The notes beneath the pieces are model-generated. The model was not told the origin of the DNA and searched no databases. It was given only the letters and a program-made list of their open reading frames with translations. Position numbers and translations under genes: made by a program. A DNA stretch of 64,000 bases from Vicugna vicugna (Eukaryota): NCBI GenBank assembly GCA_013265495.1, contig MU058844.1, positions 5,827,260 to 5,891,259 on the forward strand, in the 5' to 3' direction. Positions 28,312-42,904 of this stretch are shown here, in pieces. Numbering within the stretch: position 1 is the stretch's first letter; the number at the start of each line of letters is the position of its first letter.

Positions 28312-29809
28312 ACACAAATTTTACACAAATTATTTGCAAGCAGTTTTGATTTTCACCAGTTAACATGAGATTTCAAAATGTGCAAACCAAAGTATGACTT
28401 TTTATCCTGTGTGAATGCAGGCAAATTATTTAATCTCTGCATCTCCATTGCCTATTCTGTAAAATGGTGCATGACTTACATCTGTTACCATGTCTTTCCT
28501 TTCCTCCTTTACAAGTCATTGTCATGAAAGATGATACTTCCAGGAAAAAAATAAACTCGGATTTTCAAAGTGATCTTTTTAATAGAATTATAGGCACAAC
28601 AAATGTTTGTCTTAGTCAATTGCTACTTGTAATTGAGAAATTTGGTTATTATCATTTAAATGGTTGTTTCTAATCTGTCCATCCAAATACAGTTATGTGC
28701 AATTAAAATTAACCCCTAGACACGTTCCATTCTCAAAGCATAAAGCTTTCACAGTTCTTTCTAATGTTAATGAGACTTGCACACATTCATCAATGAATAA
28801 AAGGAAAACTCTGAGCCAGAATCTAATTGCAATACAGCTGTCTTGTAAAGTTCCTTATTAGGCATGAATAAAACACCACCACTAATATCAGGGGTAATAG
28901 TTTTAAATTAGGTAAGTGGCTCCCTCCTCTCTGAAGGAAATGAATCCAAAGAGAACAATAGATTTATTACTAATCTTCAAAAAATATTTCAGCAAGTTCC
29001 CCCCTCCCCTTGTCTTTTGGGCCCAGCCTCCTGACACTTTGCAAAGCAGGAAATGGCGCCTGCCACACGAAGTGGAAGGGAAATTTTGAATTATCACACT
29101 GGTGGAAGACTCTACTGGTTTTTACCAGGCTGGACCTCTGCCCAAGTATATATTTAAGTAGGCTATTTGCAAAGCATATGGATCAGCAGCGTTTGCATTG
29201 TAGCTTTTCTCATATATGACAGCAGACCCCAGTCCCACCGTCCAGTCGGCCGTGCACTGCCTTCCTTTCCCATGACTTACCCTACTTTTCAGGTCTACCT
29301 TTTATGACCTGACATTGACATTTACATTTGCCTTAAACTATGACAAGGCCTCAGAGGGCTGGAGACCTTTTCTAACCTGAGTCATTCTATTTAATTCATT
29401 GCTCGACTCTAATGCTGGACAAATAAAACTGTGTGGGACTGTTGATGTAAAAAGGTGTAGAAAGCTTATGTAAGCACAGAATCAGTCAACTCTTTATTAC
29501 TAGCAGTAAAGAATAACAAAACAACCCACACAAATTACATTTGGCTTAGGATAGTGCAGTATACTTTGATCACATATCATTATATCTTGGCTTCATCAAT
29601 AAATCCAACATTTATTTACAATCTGCTTGATGACTGGCAGGTGGTTAGATTTGGGAATTTAAACAGATATAATTTCAACAAGTGTTGAAATAGAAATGTG
29701 AACTAAATGGGAGCAATTTATTCAACTGATGATGTCAGGATTGATCGGATAGACTTTTTTTTTTCTTTTGAGTGTGTCCCAAATTCTAGTTGCTTTGTTG
29801 TCTCATGCA

Positions 29810-30320
29810 ATTAAAGAAATAACCCTTGAAACCTGATTAGGTGTTAATGTGCCAACTTTAAAATGAAAAACCTGAGGATTAAGATCTTGCCTAAAGTCAT
29901 ACAGCCAGTAAGTAGAAAATTTAGGATGCAAATTCAGAAGTATCTGGCATCCACATTATCTCTATGAAGCAGATGCAGGATGAGATTTGGAGTTGAGTTT
30001 TAAGGATGAATTAAAATTAACTAAGCAGGCAAGGACAAAGTAATTCAAGGCACAGAAAAGCAATAGAAACAAGCACACACATGATAAGATGAATGGCATA
30101 ATTTAAGAAAGTGAGTAGACCTTCATAGTTGTAATATTAATTGTTGGAAAAGACTCCCTGAAAAATAGACTAGAAATGTAGGCTAAAGTCAAGTTGCAAT
30201 GCATTTAACATGGAATGACAAGGAGTTATAAGTCATTAAAAGGTTTTAAATAAGTAAGTAGAATTGTAATAAATGTTTAGAGAGAGAATGCTAATAACAA
30301 TATGGTTGATGAACTGTAGA
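29810..30320 (-). mobile_element. MIR fragment followed by L2 fragment
   Basis: ttgcctaaagtcatacagccagtaagtaga (antisense MIR core), then tttgagttgagttttaaggatgaa (antisense L2). Confidence 0.55.
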
Positions 30321-30344
30321 AATGAGTAGTTTTCAGTGGGTCTT

Positions 30345-30880
30345 TTTGATTCCTGAACTCAGTTCTAAAGTTTGTGTGTATATGTGTGTGGGGTTGCTTC
30401 CTACACAACATGAGGCAATGCTCAGACACCAGAAGGATGTCCAAGAGTTCAGCTCAATTCTGACATCATCTACTGGGTGAGAGCATCAGATTCCACAGGT
30501 GAAGGGTCCAGTCCTACAAGACGGCCCCCACTTCCCCCAACACCGCTTCAGCTGCCAATCACAAGCCTAGGTTGTCACCTGTGCGTCTAACTGACTGGCT
30601 ATAACTCAGAGGTTCCCAAGACCCCTCCTCAGGATTGATTAATTTGCTAGAGTGGCTCACAGAACTCAGAAAAACATTCTACTTACTAGATCGCCAGTTT
30701 GTTAAAAAGGGATAAAACTCGGGAACAGCTAGGTGGAAGAGATGCACAGGACAAGGTTTGGGGAAAGAATGCGGAGCTTCTGCGTCCTCTCCGGGTGTGC
30801 CATGCTCCCAGCACCTACACACGTTCACCAGCCTGGAAGTTCTCTGAACGCCGTCCTTTTGGTTTATTATGGAGGCTTGT
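30345..30880 (-). mobile_element. MER21-type (ERVL) LTR, partial
   Basis: ctcaattctgacatcatctac...gcatcagattccacagg...gctgccaatcacaagcctaggttgtcacctgtgc...ttaatttgctagagtggctcacagaactcag...gttcaccagcctggaagttctctgaac match recalled MER21. Confidence 0.8.
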
Positions 30881-31239
30881 GTTTGGTACACCAGTGTGAA
30901 TGACCTAAGTTATGATAAAAGTTCACAATAATTACATGTAGAGGAAAAATATAGGTAAATGAGGGTGCATAATGAGAGATCTTAGGTCACTTTTAAACTA
31001 TAATATGGATTTTTTTTCCCTCTTATTTCTTCCACCACAGCTTTTGTTTTAATACAGTCATCTTACTCCCAACCCCCAGCATCTTCTGGCAGGATCAAAC
31101 TCCTACCCACAATTTTGCATACACCATAACAAACAGAATAGCGAAATAGTGTTACAGTTAGAAATGTTCTCCTTGAAGCTCCAGTAAGGGTTTCTAAAAT
31201 TTTAATTACAGATGTTTCTCAAATGGTGAATTCATTAAT

Positions 31240-31700
31240 TAATAATCCATAAAAAATGTGAGGTATCATTTCTGAAGAAAATATTTTCCAAAATAAAGTA
31301 CATGTAAAGATGTTTTCCTTGCCTTCAAGAAACCCACAGTTTATTAGAAAAAAATAGCATGTATAAAGAAATACTTGCAATGAAGTGTTAAAAGTGATGT
31401 GATGGATAAGTTACACCAGTTGCACTGGGGATCCAAAGACAGTACTAATGACTTCTATCTAGAGGAGGGAAAAACCAGGCAATGTTTCATAGGAGGAGCA
31501 TCATTTAAGCTGCTGAGGTGGGGAATGTGGAGTATTTGAGCAGACATAGCACATGGGATGCTGTCAACCACTAGGACCAGAGAAGGTGGAAGAAGCTTTT
31601 GGACTTTGGAAAGAATTTGAACTCTGTGCCATCAGCAAATGGAACTATGCTTGGGAGTGACAGGGTCAAATTTGTTTTAAGAAAGAGTATAAAAAGGGAA
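31240..31700 (-). mobile_element. L2 fragment
   Basis: ccttgccttcaagaaacccacagttta and gggagtgacagggtcaaatttgttttaagaaaga are typical antisense L2 remnants. Confidence 0.45.
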
Positions 31701-32195
31701 GCATGGCAGAGGGATATGAAAGATGCAATACATTCTTTAAGGATAGCAGTTGATAGGACAGTTTTAATAGTGTGTGTTTTATGCTGTGTGAACTAGATAC
31801 ACTTACTTTCGAAGGCTGAAAAATTTGAATACCTTAGGTCAGTGGAGAATATATACAATCAAATATTATATTGATGATAAGCTGTTACTATATAATATTT
31901 TTCTAGGAAAAAATGAATAAGTTCATTAAAGTCTAAACTATTATTTTAAAGATAAGCTTAGCAAAGTGAAGTAAAATTTAGAATTAGTTAAACCTCTGGA
32001 AAATTATAGTAAAAGCTATAGTGATGGCCATAGGGCATTAAAAGATTCTGAACTGTTTTATGAATCATGGAATATTAAGTTATGTTTAACATACTTTCAG
32101 TGTTACATGTATTCACATAAATTCCACATTTCTGACTAATAGCTAAAATGGACAATTTTCCATTAGCCAGAATATTTTAATATGGTATCATAATT

Positions 32196-32806
32196 CTTTT
32201 TTTTAATTTAAAAACTGTTTTCCAGTTTGATTTAGATGTAGTTGACATACCTCACTAGATAAGTGTAAGGTGCACCACAAAATGGTTTGACTTACATACT
32301 CTGTGAAATGATTACAGCTGTAAGTTTAGTTAGTTTCCATCATCTTTTAAAAACATGGTAAGAAGAGAAAGCAAATAAGAAATTTTTTTTCATTGTGATA
32401 GAACTTTAGGATTTATTCTTCAACAGCTTTGCTACATGGGACATAGTGTTAACTGTAATCATCATGCTGTACGTTACATCACTGGTACTTACCTTGCAAG
32501 TGAAAATTCGTACCTTTTAACTGCCTTTCTTCTAGTCTCCTTCCTAGTCTGGTAACCACAAATCTGATCCCTTTTTCTATGACTTTGTGCTTTTTTTGTC
32601 TTTTGTTTGTTTGTCTGTGTTTTTAAATACAGTATTTGTCTTTCTCTGTTAGATTTATTTTCCTTAGCATAATGCCCTCAATATCTATCCATGTTGTTGC
32701 AAATGGCAGGAGTTTCTCATGTTTTATGATTGAGTACAGTTCCCTTGTATGTATGCCACAACTTCTTTATCCATTCATCTGTCATTGGACACCAAGGTTG
32801 TTTCCA
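32196..32806 (-). mobile_element. L1 3' end (L1MA9/10-like), antisense
   Basis: T-tract, then tgtgaaatgattac...tctggtaaccacaaatctgatc...cagtatttgtctttctctg...ttagcataatgccctcaatatctatccatgttgttgcaaatggcagga...ttctttatccattcatctgtcattggacac. Confidence 0.85.
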
Positions 32807-33774
32807 GTGGACCAAAATTCTTAACTAGATAGGAAACAGTTAAAATTTGTAATCTGTAACAACCTATATTCTCAATCAATGTTTTTCATCATATGAATTT
32901 CATGGAAAACCACCTACATTTTTAAAATTCTGGATAAGAAATACAGTACATTACACTATAAGATTTGACTTAAGTAGTTAATTAAATCTCACATATTAGA
33001 GTAGCCAATGAAGCACAAATGAAAAATTAGTGATTTTCAAAATAAAAAATGTAATAAAAAGAAAATTTTTGAAAAATACAAACTATTAATTATCTTTAGT
33101 GCTTCTTGCTAGGATATTTCAACTTAGTCACTGGCCATTGTTTCTGAAGATACAAGGAAGAGAGAAAAAGTCTTCTTTTAATGCTTAGCAATCAGAGGGA
33201 CCAGTACTCAGAAAATACCCATGAATATGCCTCTGAGGGGTCTCCATGCAGCCCCTCTCACCTTCTGTTATGATGCCGTATGGTCAGTTTGCTTGTGAGG
33301 TGGAGTGTCAAGATTAAAAGTCCTCTATTTCCTAAAGGTTTATTAACAATGTTTCACTATTTCTTAATGCTGTTGCTATTTTTCTTTTAAGAATGTGGAC
33401 ATCATATTTTTTTTTGTAATATACCGAGAGCTAGCTAATAATGGCTTTAGAAACCAAATCGAAGGTAGACTGAAGCATGCACATTTTCTGGTGTGATCAG
33501 TGTCTACTTAGCAAATGGTTCCACACACAAATGCATTGTTGTTGCTACCTTAATTTAAAAGGACCTCTTTCAATAATGTCTCTGGCTCTGGAGGAATTAT
33601 AATCACACAGACTGCAAGCTAAGAAAGTTTATTTAACTAAGCTGTCAACAGCAATCTCTCAGATCTGCTTAAATTTATTGGGAGGCAGGGAGATCTCTTT
33701 AAAATGCTGACAATAAAACATAGAACTAGTTCTAAGCGTGTTACATTTAATACACAGGAATATATTACACGGTT

Positions 33775-34250
33775 AAAGGGAATTGGCAGTATCTATCATA
33801 ACTGAACCTACCCTTTGATCCAGAAATTTCTCTTGTCAGATTATACTCCAAAATTATGCACAAAGATATATTATAAGAATTTCTACTGTAACATTTTCTG
33901 TAATAGAGAATATTTGGAAACAACTAACATATATATTTATAAGGAGAGGGACAAATAATTAAGTGTTCCAACTAGACTATTCAGCTATTTAAAAGAGTAA
34001 AGTGCCCTATTTGTACTGACATGGAAAAACTTCCAACATATAGTAAGATACAAAAAGACATAAATCAATACACACAGTGTGATTGATTCAGTGCATGCCT
34101 GTTATTTAGAGAAAAGATGTGTGTGTATGTAGAAAAGACCCTGGAAATTAAATTATGGTTATCTCTATGAGGTACTCAGGGGCATGATGGAGGGGGATAT
34201 TCACTGCTTCTATTTGTATGTATTCTTGCATTACTTGTGTAATTTAAAAA
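33775..34250 (+). mobile_element. Old L1ME 3' fragment
   Basis: ttggcagtatctatca...taccctttgatccagaaatttctctt...tttggaaacaactaa...ctatttgtactgacatggaaaaac. Confidence 0.55.
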
Positions 34251-34268
34251 TGCAAGTAACAGAGGTCT

Positions 34269-34374
34269 GGGGAGAGGGTGTAGCTCAGTGTGCAGAATGT
34301 GTGCTTAGCACTTAGCATGCACGAGGTCCTGGGTTCAATCTCCAGTACCTCCGTTAAGATAAATAAATAAACCT
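34269..34374 (+). mobile_element. tRNA-derived SINE, camelid vic-1-like
   Basis: ggggagagggtgtagctcagtg (A box) ... gcatgcacgaggtcctgggttcaatctccagtacctcc (B box GGTTCAAT) followed by an (AAAT)n tail and aacct. Internal duplication of cttagca. Confidence 0.8.
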
Positions 34375-34689
34375 TCTAGCCCTACTCCTTATGAATAGGA
34401 CTTGGACACCTTCTTTGTTTATTACAGCATTTGTTTTTATTTTTATATTAGGAAAAACATGAGCTTTCAGGACTGGTGACATAACATACCACCACATCTG
34501 TAGAACTGTATAGTTGGTAGTATTATAATCTGTATTCCTCCTAACTAGTCATTAACATTCACTACCATGGACCAGTTAGCAGGTGAAATACATATATGGA
34601 TATATATTTTTTCATGTAAGTATATGCTATTTTTTCATACAAGAGGCTAAGCATTAGAATTGAGTTGATAATAAATTACTTTCACTATA

Positions 34690-34935
34690 TGAGGAGAGAC
34701 AAGATAATGTTTAAGAGCATAGTATATAAAGTCAGATAGGCCTTTGGTTTCAGTTTCAACAATTATATGACCCTGCACAAGTTAATTAAATGTTCCCTAA
34801 AACCTTATTTTTTTTTATTAAAAATGGATATAACAGTATCCATTTATTGGAGTTTTAGAAGGATTCAAATAGATAATTCATGTAGAATGTCCTGTAACAC
34901 AGTGGCTAACACATAATAAGTTCCCATAAAATTTA
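34690..34935 (+). mobile_element. MIR SINE
   Basis: ttaagagcatag...aagtcagataggcct...atgaccctgcacaagttaattaa...taaaaatggatataacagtatc...acacagtggctaacacataataag. Confidence 0.65.
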
Positions 34936-37900
34936 GAAATTTTTTAATGCTTTTTCATAGTTTATGTTAATAGCCTGTTTTCCTCAATAAATTATATAAT
35001 TCCTGAAACAACATATGGAAATATTATTGGCATGAATTTTTCAATAATGAATGTATTTGTAAAACTGTTTAATTCTTTAAAAACAATAATATCTTTAGCT
35101 ATTGAATAAAGAAATAAAATTATTTTAGTACAAGAGAGCAAGCAGTTAGTCTTGGAGAAATATACTTTATGTAATTACTTCATTTTATTTGATTATCTGC
35201 AATCATGGTGCCATGAATTGGTGATCTTTAGGGTACACATAGGAAATAATGCAAAACAGATGACAAGATTGAACACAGGAAAACTGGTTTTCACTGTTGA
35301 AATTATTAATTTATGTCTAAAATGTATTTTTCATTACCAATTTCCATTATGCACTCAGGCCATAGCTTCCTAATCAATTCAATAATTCATACCATGGAAG
35401 AATGAAAAAGAGGAGAGACTGAAAGGTTGGTATAAAAATTATGTTTAAAGAACTGATAATGAATCTAGGTTAATGTGTCTAGTTTTAAATTCATTTATTT
35501 CTTTTTAAAAACCACTTGACAAACCACTTTAGGAGATCAGTAACTAAGAGGAAAAGCTAGTCTTGATTCTGTTTCCACAGACGGGGAAACCAAATGAACC
35601 AAGATTATCATACAGCTGTTAATATCATTAGGCTGAATTCAACCTGAAGAGCATGGGGATTGGAAAAAATGAAACTGACATATTAGACATTTTTAAGATT
35701 TCTGATTATGAGGTGAATAAAAGGAATTGAGACTTTAAAATACATGTTTTAATAGTAATTATACCATGGCTGTCGGCCACAGATGCCTACAGGCTTCTCA
35801 TCTGAGCATTTAACTGTAGAAAATGACTGTTTTAATTTCACCAAGAGCAAGTTGTAGGATGGTTAATGATGTTTGTCTTATGTCTAAATTAGCACCTCTA
35901 GTCAACTTGAAATTATTTACCAATGAAGCTCTATAATACAGACATTTATCACCTAAGTTGTCCATTTAGATACTGGAGTACAGTGAGTACAGTTATAAGA
36001 GTCTTTATAAAAGTGAAAATTATATCATCCAGAAAATTCATATATGAGCAATAATATTACAAAACATGAAAAGAAAAAGAAGAATTGAAACACTCCTAGG
36101 CTCAGAACACAAAGGACTTTTACCTTCAGAACTAATCCCTTCTAGTATTTTTGCTTCACACTTTTTGCGTAACTTTTAAAATGTATGTAGAATTTTAGGT
36201 TTTTTCACATATATTATTTTAAATATATTATATGCCTACTTTAAAACGTAAGAAATACAGAAGCATATAGAGAAGAAAGTAACAACCAACCCATATGTGT
36301 ATTAAGTGCAGACAACAAATGTTAATATGTCGTTGTAGTTCTTTTATCTTTTTCTCTATGCACTTTAACATAGATAAAATTTTATGTGTATTTAAGAATA
36401 AGTGTTCTTATGAAGAATAAATACAGATCTTAGATACAAGATAATATTATGTAAGATAATAGGCAGTTTATTGACTCATGATAGTGGACATTTTCATTCA
36501 GGAAAAGTTTTAAAGATACAGAAAAAAAATTCTTTCCTCAAGTTTCTTGACATAGGAGTGAGTTTTAAGTTACTCATCTCAGCTCTATCTTTCTGATGGG
36601 AATAAACAAGAACCAAAATTTGTTGGCGATTATCCTTGTAAACGCCAAGCTTTGTAAATGTTACAGCCATTGTAAGCAAGTCCATGAACGGAAGAAATCC
36701 TGTTACTGCTTCAGGTAACTATAAACAACAGGCAATGTATTCTATTTGGACATTGGATACAGTTTTATTAACATATTTCTTGAATATAGAAAATTCAAAG
36801 GTACAAAAGAACTTTGCAGTACTTAGTACAAAGTCCAACTTCACTGCTCAGATTCAAAATCAACATGAGAATACCTAAGTCCAATTGGTTTCCTGAATTT
36901 GGAATCAAAACTAAGTCAAAGAACTGCACATCTCTCCATTCTTGGTTCTTAATTCATCTCTAAAATGACTTAGCAGGTATCTTTAAGTATCTTTTAAAAG
37001 AAAAATACTTGTGTTTTATTTTCCAAAGCCTTATTTTACCCATGGAAAATAAGGATAACTTTTCTGATCTGCAGTTATGGGGCAATAACATTTTCCTTCA
37101 AAAGTTCCAAGATATTTTCTCATTATCTTCCTTTTAAGTAAAATTATTATGGAATAGAAGTCTGAAACCAGTCTACTCACTTTATTTATCAAGATACTTG
37201 TAGGGTATTAATTTGTACTTTTCCTGCTTAGATGATAGTCAGATTTTGAGAAAAAAGAAAAAGAAAACAACTTCAGAATACAGAAATGTTACACTCTCCA
37301 TGCTGCTTTCTGCTGTACCCTTTTTCTGGAAACTTCCCCACCCTTATCCCACTCCCTGTCTGCTGTCACCTCCTTTATGGGATATTTCCTGAAGACATCT
37401 CCTCCCAAGGAGATGGGTCTCTATTTCTTTCTCTGGTCTCTATTTCTACTATAATCTGTGCACATTTCCAAAGTCAGACTTGTAACACTTCACGGATCTA
37501 ATTTTGGCACATCTACCTTCCACTTACCTTGACCAAATGGCAGTTGTAAAAACATGCACGTATTAATCTTTTCTTCCTAGTACAATGTCATGTGCAGAAT
37601 AAAGCTTCAATAAATGCTGAAAGGACAAAGGCAGTATTTAACATCTAAGGCAGCACAGACTAAACAATCACTTAATGATGTTTCTAAAAATTCTTGATAA
37701 CAACTACCAAGAAAGTGTTTCAGACCACATCATGTGTTTTTATTGCACCTCCTCTGTGAGGTTTTTTTTGGTTTGTTTATTTGTGTTTCTCTTCTACTTT
37801 AGCAGGATGTGAAACTGCAGTCATTGTGTCTAGCACAGACACCTGGTACTTAGTGTGAACTCTGTGCTTGAAAGAAAAGATGGATACATTGATAATGAAC

Positions 37901-40900
37901 TATCTACAATAGACCTATTCCTTCTGGTTTTAGAATTTAATAACAAGCTTAATAAAAACAATTCTTATTTAAAGGGAAAAACAATTAGTATTCTAACAGT
38001 ATACCATTCAAATACCAACATACATGTATGCATACATCATACATATCTACTCAAATTGGTGTTTGGTGATACTGAGTTCAACTTAAAGTTTACGTGTTCT
38101 ATTACTATACAAAAATGTGTGGCAGTTTTACTGAGACAATATATTATAGTCTTTTGTACTATACCAATAATTATGCATAAATGTTTGCACAATCCCTTAG
38201 GGGAAAATAATCATCTTATGTATTATCTCTTTCTATTAGTAATAGAAATAGGAATCTTCAATATTATTGCTTTAACCAAATTTTAACTTGATTGGGAAAC
38301 ACCTAATTTTTATATCTCTCTGATAAACTCATTGAGTACACTAGAATGCATAAAAAGCTAGAGATTTAGAAAGAAGACCCATTATTTATCATACCTATAT
38401 AGCATAATTGCTCAGTGTTGTTCCATGGGCACATTGCTTTATCTATCTAGTCTTCAGCTTCCTTATTTGTAATGTGAGAATAATCAGAAATATATTCTTA
38501 TTTTACCTCGTGAATTTTGTAGAAGATTAAATAAAATCTGCATCACAGCCCTCTGAATGAGTTAGTATCACCATCACCATCATTATTCCTTTCTCCCCCA
38601 GCACAACTTAAAACAGCCTTTGTGACTATAACTTTTCTTAGCACTAACTACTGTGTTCTCTCTAAAGTAGTTAGTTCCGTGTTGCTTTTTATTGGTTCCA
38701 CTCCACTCAGGCCTTTTCCAGATCACTGGAAAGAAACTAGAAATCTATAATATAATGATATTCTAAAAGAGAAGTTGGTAAATAAAGTGCATATCTTAGC
38801 TTTAGTGTTGAAAAAGACTAGACTTTCTTCTCAGTCTTCATCTCAAGTGTTACTATTTTTATAGTCAGTGGCAGAAAAACCTCCAGTCTGTCAATGCTGC
38901 ACATTTTCTATCTGCATTGAAGCTTAAAGGAATCAGAAACTAAATCTTGCTGGTCATCATTGTGAACCCTATGAAACAGTCTAGTCTCTATCATTTTCCA
39001 CTCTGCTACCACCTCCAGCTACAACTTAAGACATTAAAAAAAATCTCAGATGGAGAAAACAATTACATTTGTTCCTGTCAGTATCTAAATACCTGAGCTT
39101 TTTGTACAAAAGGTAATGATAATCATGTTTTGCAAGACCCTTTTCATTTCCGTGGCTTCCTGGAGCTTTTGCTATGTCAGCAACATCCTTTCTGTTCATT
39201 GGAAAGTACTGAATATGCCCTGAGGGCATGTGAAGCCTTCCACAAAGCACAGTAGAAAAACAAATTGGGCAAACATTAAAAAAGGCAAGCCAAGCAGGTC
39301 AGATGCACATAGTGGCACGTGGCAGACAGATGAACCGGTGACTGCAAGACTTCTTTCATGCTTTCCCTGAAGCGAGGTTGAGTGTTGGATACAAGCCCGT
39401 GTGATTAGGGGAATGTAATTTACTTTTGCATTCTGTTGATTTAAAAATAGACTATTAAATATAATACAAATTACAGTTTAGTGCCTTGAGGAGATTAACG
39501 TGCCACGTTCATTCGGATGGACAGGAATATGGCTTTCTTTTTTCCATCCTTTTATACAGGCTGTGGAATAGTTTGCATTGGGAAGTGTGATTTTACCCTA
39601 AAGAGCTGGAGGGAGAGAACTGAGCTCATTAACATTTGGTAGTTTGTTGCATATAATCCAGGTAACATTCCAGAAACATGATAACATGCACAAACATATG
39701 CACTCTAAGCAAACAGCTCTACTGGATAATAATTCACTTGTCACTTTATGTCAGCATCAATTCTTTAATAAATGAACATTTTTCTTGACTTGATGAAAAC
39801 TAGCACACAGATTCCCCCACAGTGTCTTTCCAAGAAGAAATATAATAAAGAGTTTGTACAACCAATACTTTATCTGCCTCTGTGAGCAATGATCTGAGGT
39901 AAATAATAGATATTCATAGTGTTACAATGACAGAATCTTTATTCTTATACATATGTATGCACATATGCAAGGAAGTAAAGATAATAGTCTAATAGGTCCA
40001 AAGACAATCTGTCCCCAAATTGCATGGTTTCTAAAATTTTCACCATACCTGAATTCTGTTAAACAGACCAGATTACATCTGTCTGAGACTCCCCAGTGCA
40101 AACTAGTTATTTTGCTACTGGTCTACTAAGTGGCCACAGTGTCGATACAAATTTTTTTCTGCTACATTTCTTAAATATCCCCAAAGATTTTTATTTATCT
40201 CAGTTATAAAATATTTCAATCCATTAAATAACAAAACTAACCACAAGTGGCATTAACCTCACTTCTCGAGTAAATTATAAAACAAACAAAAAAGTCCATG
40301 GTGCTCTGATAATGGACAAGGCTAAGTTTGATGTGCTCATTGCGCTTTTGCAACTAAAGAGTCCAGGAACTACAGTGTAGGTCTGGGTCATGGCAGGGAA
40401 GCTTTTAGGCAAGCTTTTACACGTGCTGTGCTGTGGGAAGGAAACACAAATATTCACAGGTTGATAGTTCTTCCCATAGCTCCAAGTCCAAGATTTCCAC
40501 AATGCAAAAATGCACATGAAAAAAATAAAAATGCAGCATAGTAGTTGTTTGCTATCTTTTTAAAAAACACTCCACTAAGTATTCAAATAATATGGTAAGA
40601 AGTTTTAAAAATGTTTTACATATAAGAAGCTCATAATCCAAAGGAAAATAAGACAATAGAAAGTATTGAGTAAATTAAGAAAAGTGTAGATAAAATAAGG
40701 GTTCAAACAAGTGAAAAAATAATTTCTGATGGAAAACAAGGCTCAGAGAAATCTTCGTCAAGAATGTAACATTTTGGTGACCTAAAAATTAAATTCCCAA
40801 ATGTGGGCATTGGAAAGAGAAGAGCAAACCCATGAAGATTAGAATGTGAGGTAGTACTTTTCTTAAGCTGATGCCCAGAATATACTTAGTTTAAGGAGGA

Positions 40901-42904
40901 AAAGGGGATTATGTAGCAAAGCACATCCACACACATAACAATTTGTAGTTAGGTCTCTGAGAAACAAACTGTGCTGCACCAAATAATATCCTTTTTTGCC
41001 TTATGTGCTTGTAAACGGTTTGATTCCTAAATTTCACTAAACAAAAGTAGGGATTCCAGAACTAACATACAGATTGGCTTTCACTTCCACGTTATTCAGC
41101 TTAAGCTCTGATACAGGGCTGATGGCACTCAATGTTGAATTCCAAAGGAGAGTCCGACAGACCTTTATGAAGATCTGCTACGTTTCCTCAGGAGCTATGT
41201 TCAGACACAGGGATGCTGATGTTGGTGTTAGGAAATGGGACAGCTCCCCTGGAACTACCCCATCTGCACGCAATTTTACCTTCCACAGCTTGGATCTGGC
41301 CTCAACCAGAGGTTTTGCCAAGGAAATCCAAGTCTTGTTAGGACCAGGCCATCTTCCTTTGGTTCAACCAGGTGCATTCAAAAATTCTCCTGGTTCTGAA
41401 ATTGTTCAGAGGTAGGAGATTAGGTGATTTCAACCCTGTGACAAAACCTGAAAAACACAGGTGCATCAGACTTGTAGGATAGAAACTTTCTATAAATGTA
41501 TGAACATTTGTTTCTGAAAAAGGTACTGTCCTATTTGACTGGCTGTTCTACATTTTGTTCATTTACGCACAGCAGTTCATCAAAGATTTTGGACCCCAAT
41601 CCAGAAAGGATTATTATGCTTAAGTTTTACCCAATCCTTTCTGTTCACCTGTCCATCCTCCAAGCAAATCTAATTCCTCGGCTATTTTCCTGGACTGTCT
41701 ACAAGACTGTCACCCATTCCACCGGCACTTAATGTAGAGTTACAGCAGTTTAAGAGCTGCATTTATGAAGAAGAGATGTCGCCCATTTCTGTGGAGTTGT
41801 GTCCCCACAACCACTCACACTCCGATGAGTCCAAAACAGAGAGACACTCAGCCTTATAGAGCTTCAAAGTGATAAAGTTAGTTGGTCAACAGTCTTTGTG
41901 ATCACCTGTTTTGCACTTTTAAAAGATGAGGAATTGCATATAAGTAGAACATTAGGAGAAAGCACTTTCAGATTATTAAAGGTTAGAAAGAGGACACTGG
42001 AGTTGGCAGCGTGGATCCGCTAAGTTGCCATCTTGAAACTCTCTGGATGAAAATGCTAAGGTTTCAAAGTATTTCTTCCTCTAGTTATTGCAGTAGTTGC
42101 TGAAGCTCCTGTTTCAAGCAATCCAAACTTCACAGTAGTGGCAGCTTTGCAATGTGCTTCTCCGTGTTATGTGACTTTGGATAAAGTCACAGCCTGTATA
42201 AATTTCAGTGTCCTCCAATGGAAGGTGCCAGGTCTCTGCCTTTCATACAGTCCAGAAAGGTGATGCGGGCCCTCAGTATATTCTCTGCTGGTCTTTTGGA
42301 TCCTCTTTGGACTCTAGGTGATTGGCATGACCTCAGCATACACAGCTTATAGGGAGGTAAAGGGAGAGAATGCCTGAAGCACTAGGGCTCCCACCAAAGT
42401 GGACTCCAGTTCTGTTATTTCCTGTAGGAAAAGACTTTTTTTTTCAATTTAATATAAAACTGCTCTTATTATTGCAAAACAGTTATTTTACCTCAGGAGT
42501 GGGGAGCAGAAATCAGGCAGGATAGATGTAAAACCTGTAGCTTTGAATCAAAAGAACTGTCCAGACCCTCTGCCTCTTCTACCTGCCCAGATGTTTTGCA
42601 GCTTTCTTCCTAGTGTCGCTTTCAGAGTACAAATAAAAGTGCAACTAATTCTGGAACTTGAAAAGTAAATACATGAAATGCCTTTGAAGAGATACTAGGT
42701 TCCTTTCCCCCATTTTCCCGAAGAGAATTACTGAACAGGACCAGCTGGAATTGTCTTCCGCACAATTTTCCCTACATAAATCTTGGGGTTCCAGTAGCAG
42801 GGGAAGTCCAGGTCTGAATGCACCTGCTGGTTGAGCTCTGCCCAGCGCTGAGCTGGCTGTGCCTCTTTGCTAACAGGAGGTTCACCATGGGGCATTGTTT
42901 TATC

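Noticed and set aside
34269..34352. Functional tRNA-Ala gene
   Set aside because: The internal duplication and substitutions break the cloverleaf, and an (AAAT)n tail follows, so it is a SINE.
37855..38286. 143-aa ORF in AT-rich intron
   Set aside because: Non-ATG start, composition mirrors the AT-rich DNA, and no recognisable domain. The same applies to the other short ORFs between 1 and 50 kb.
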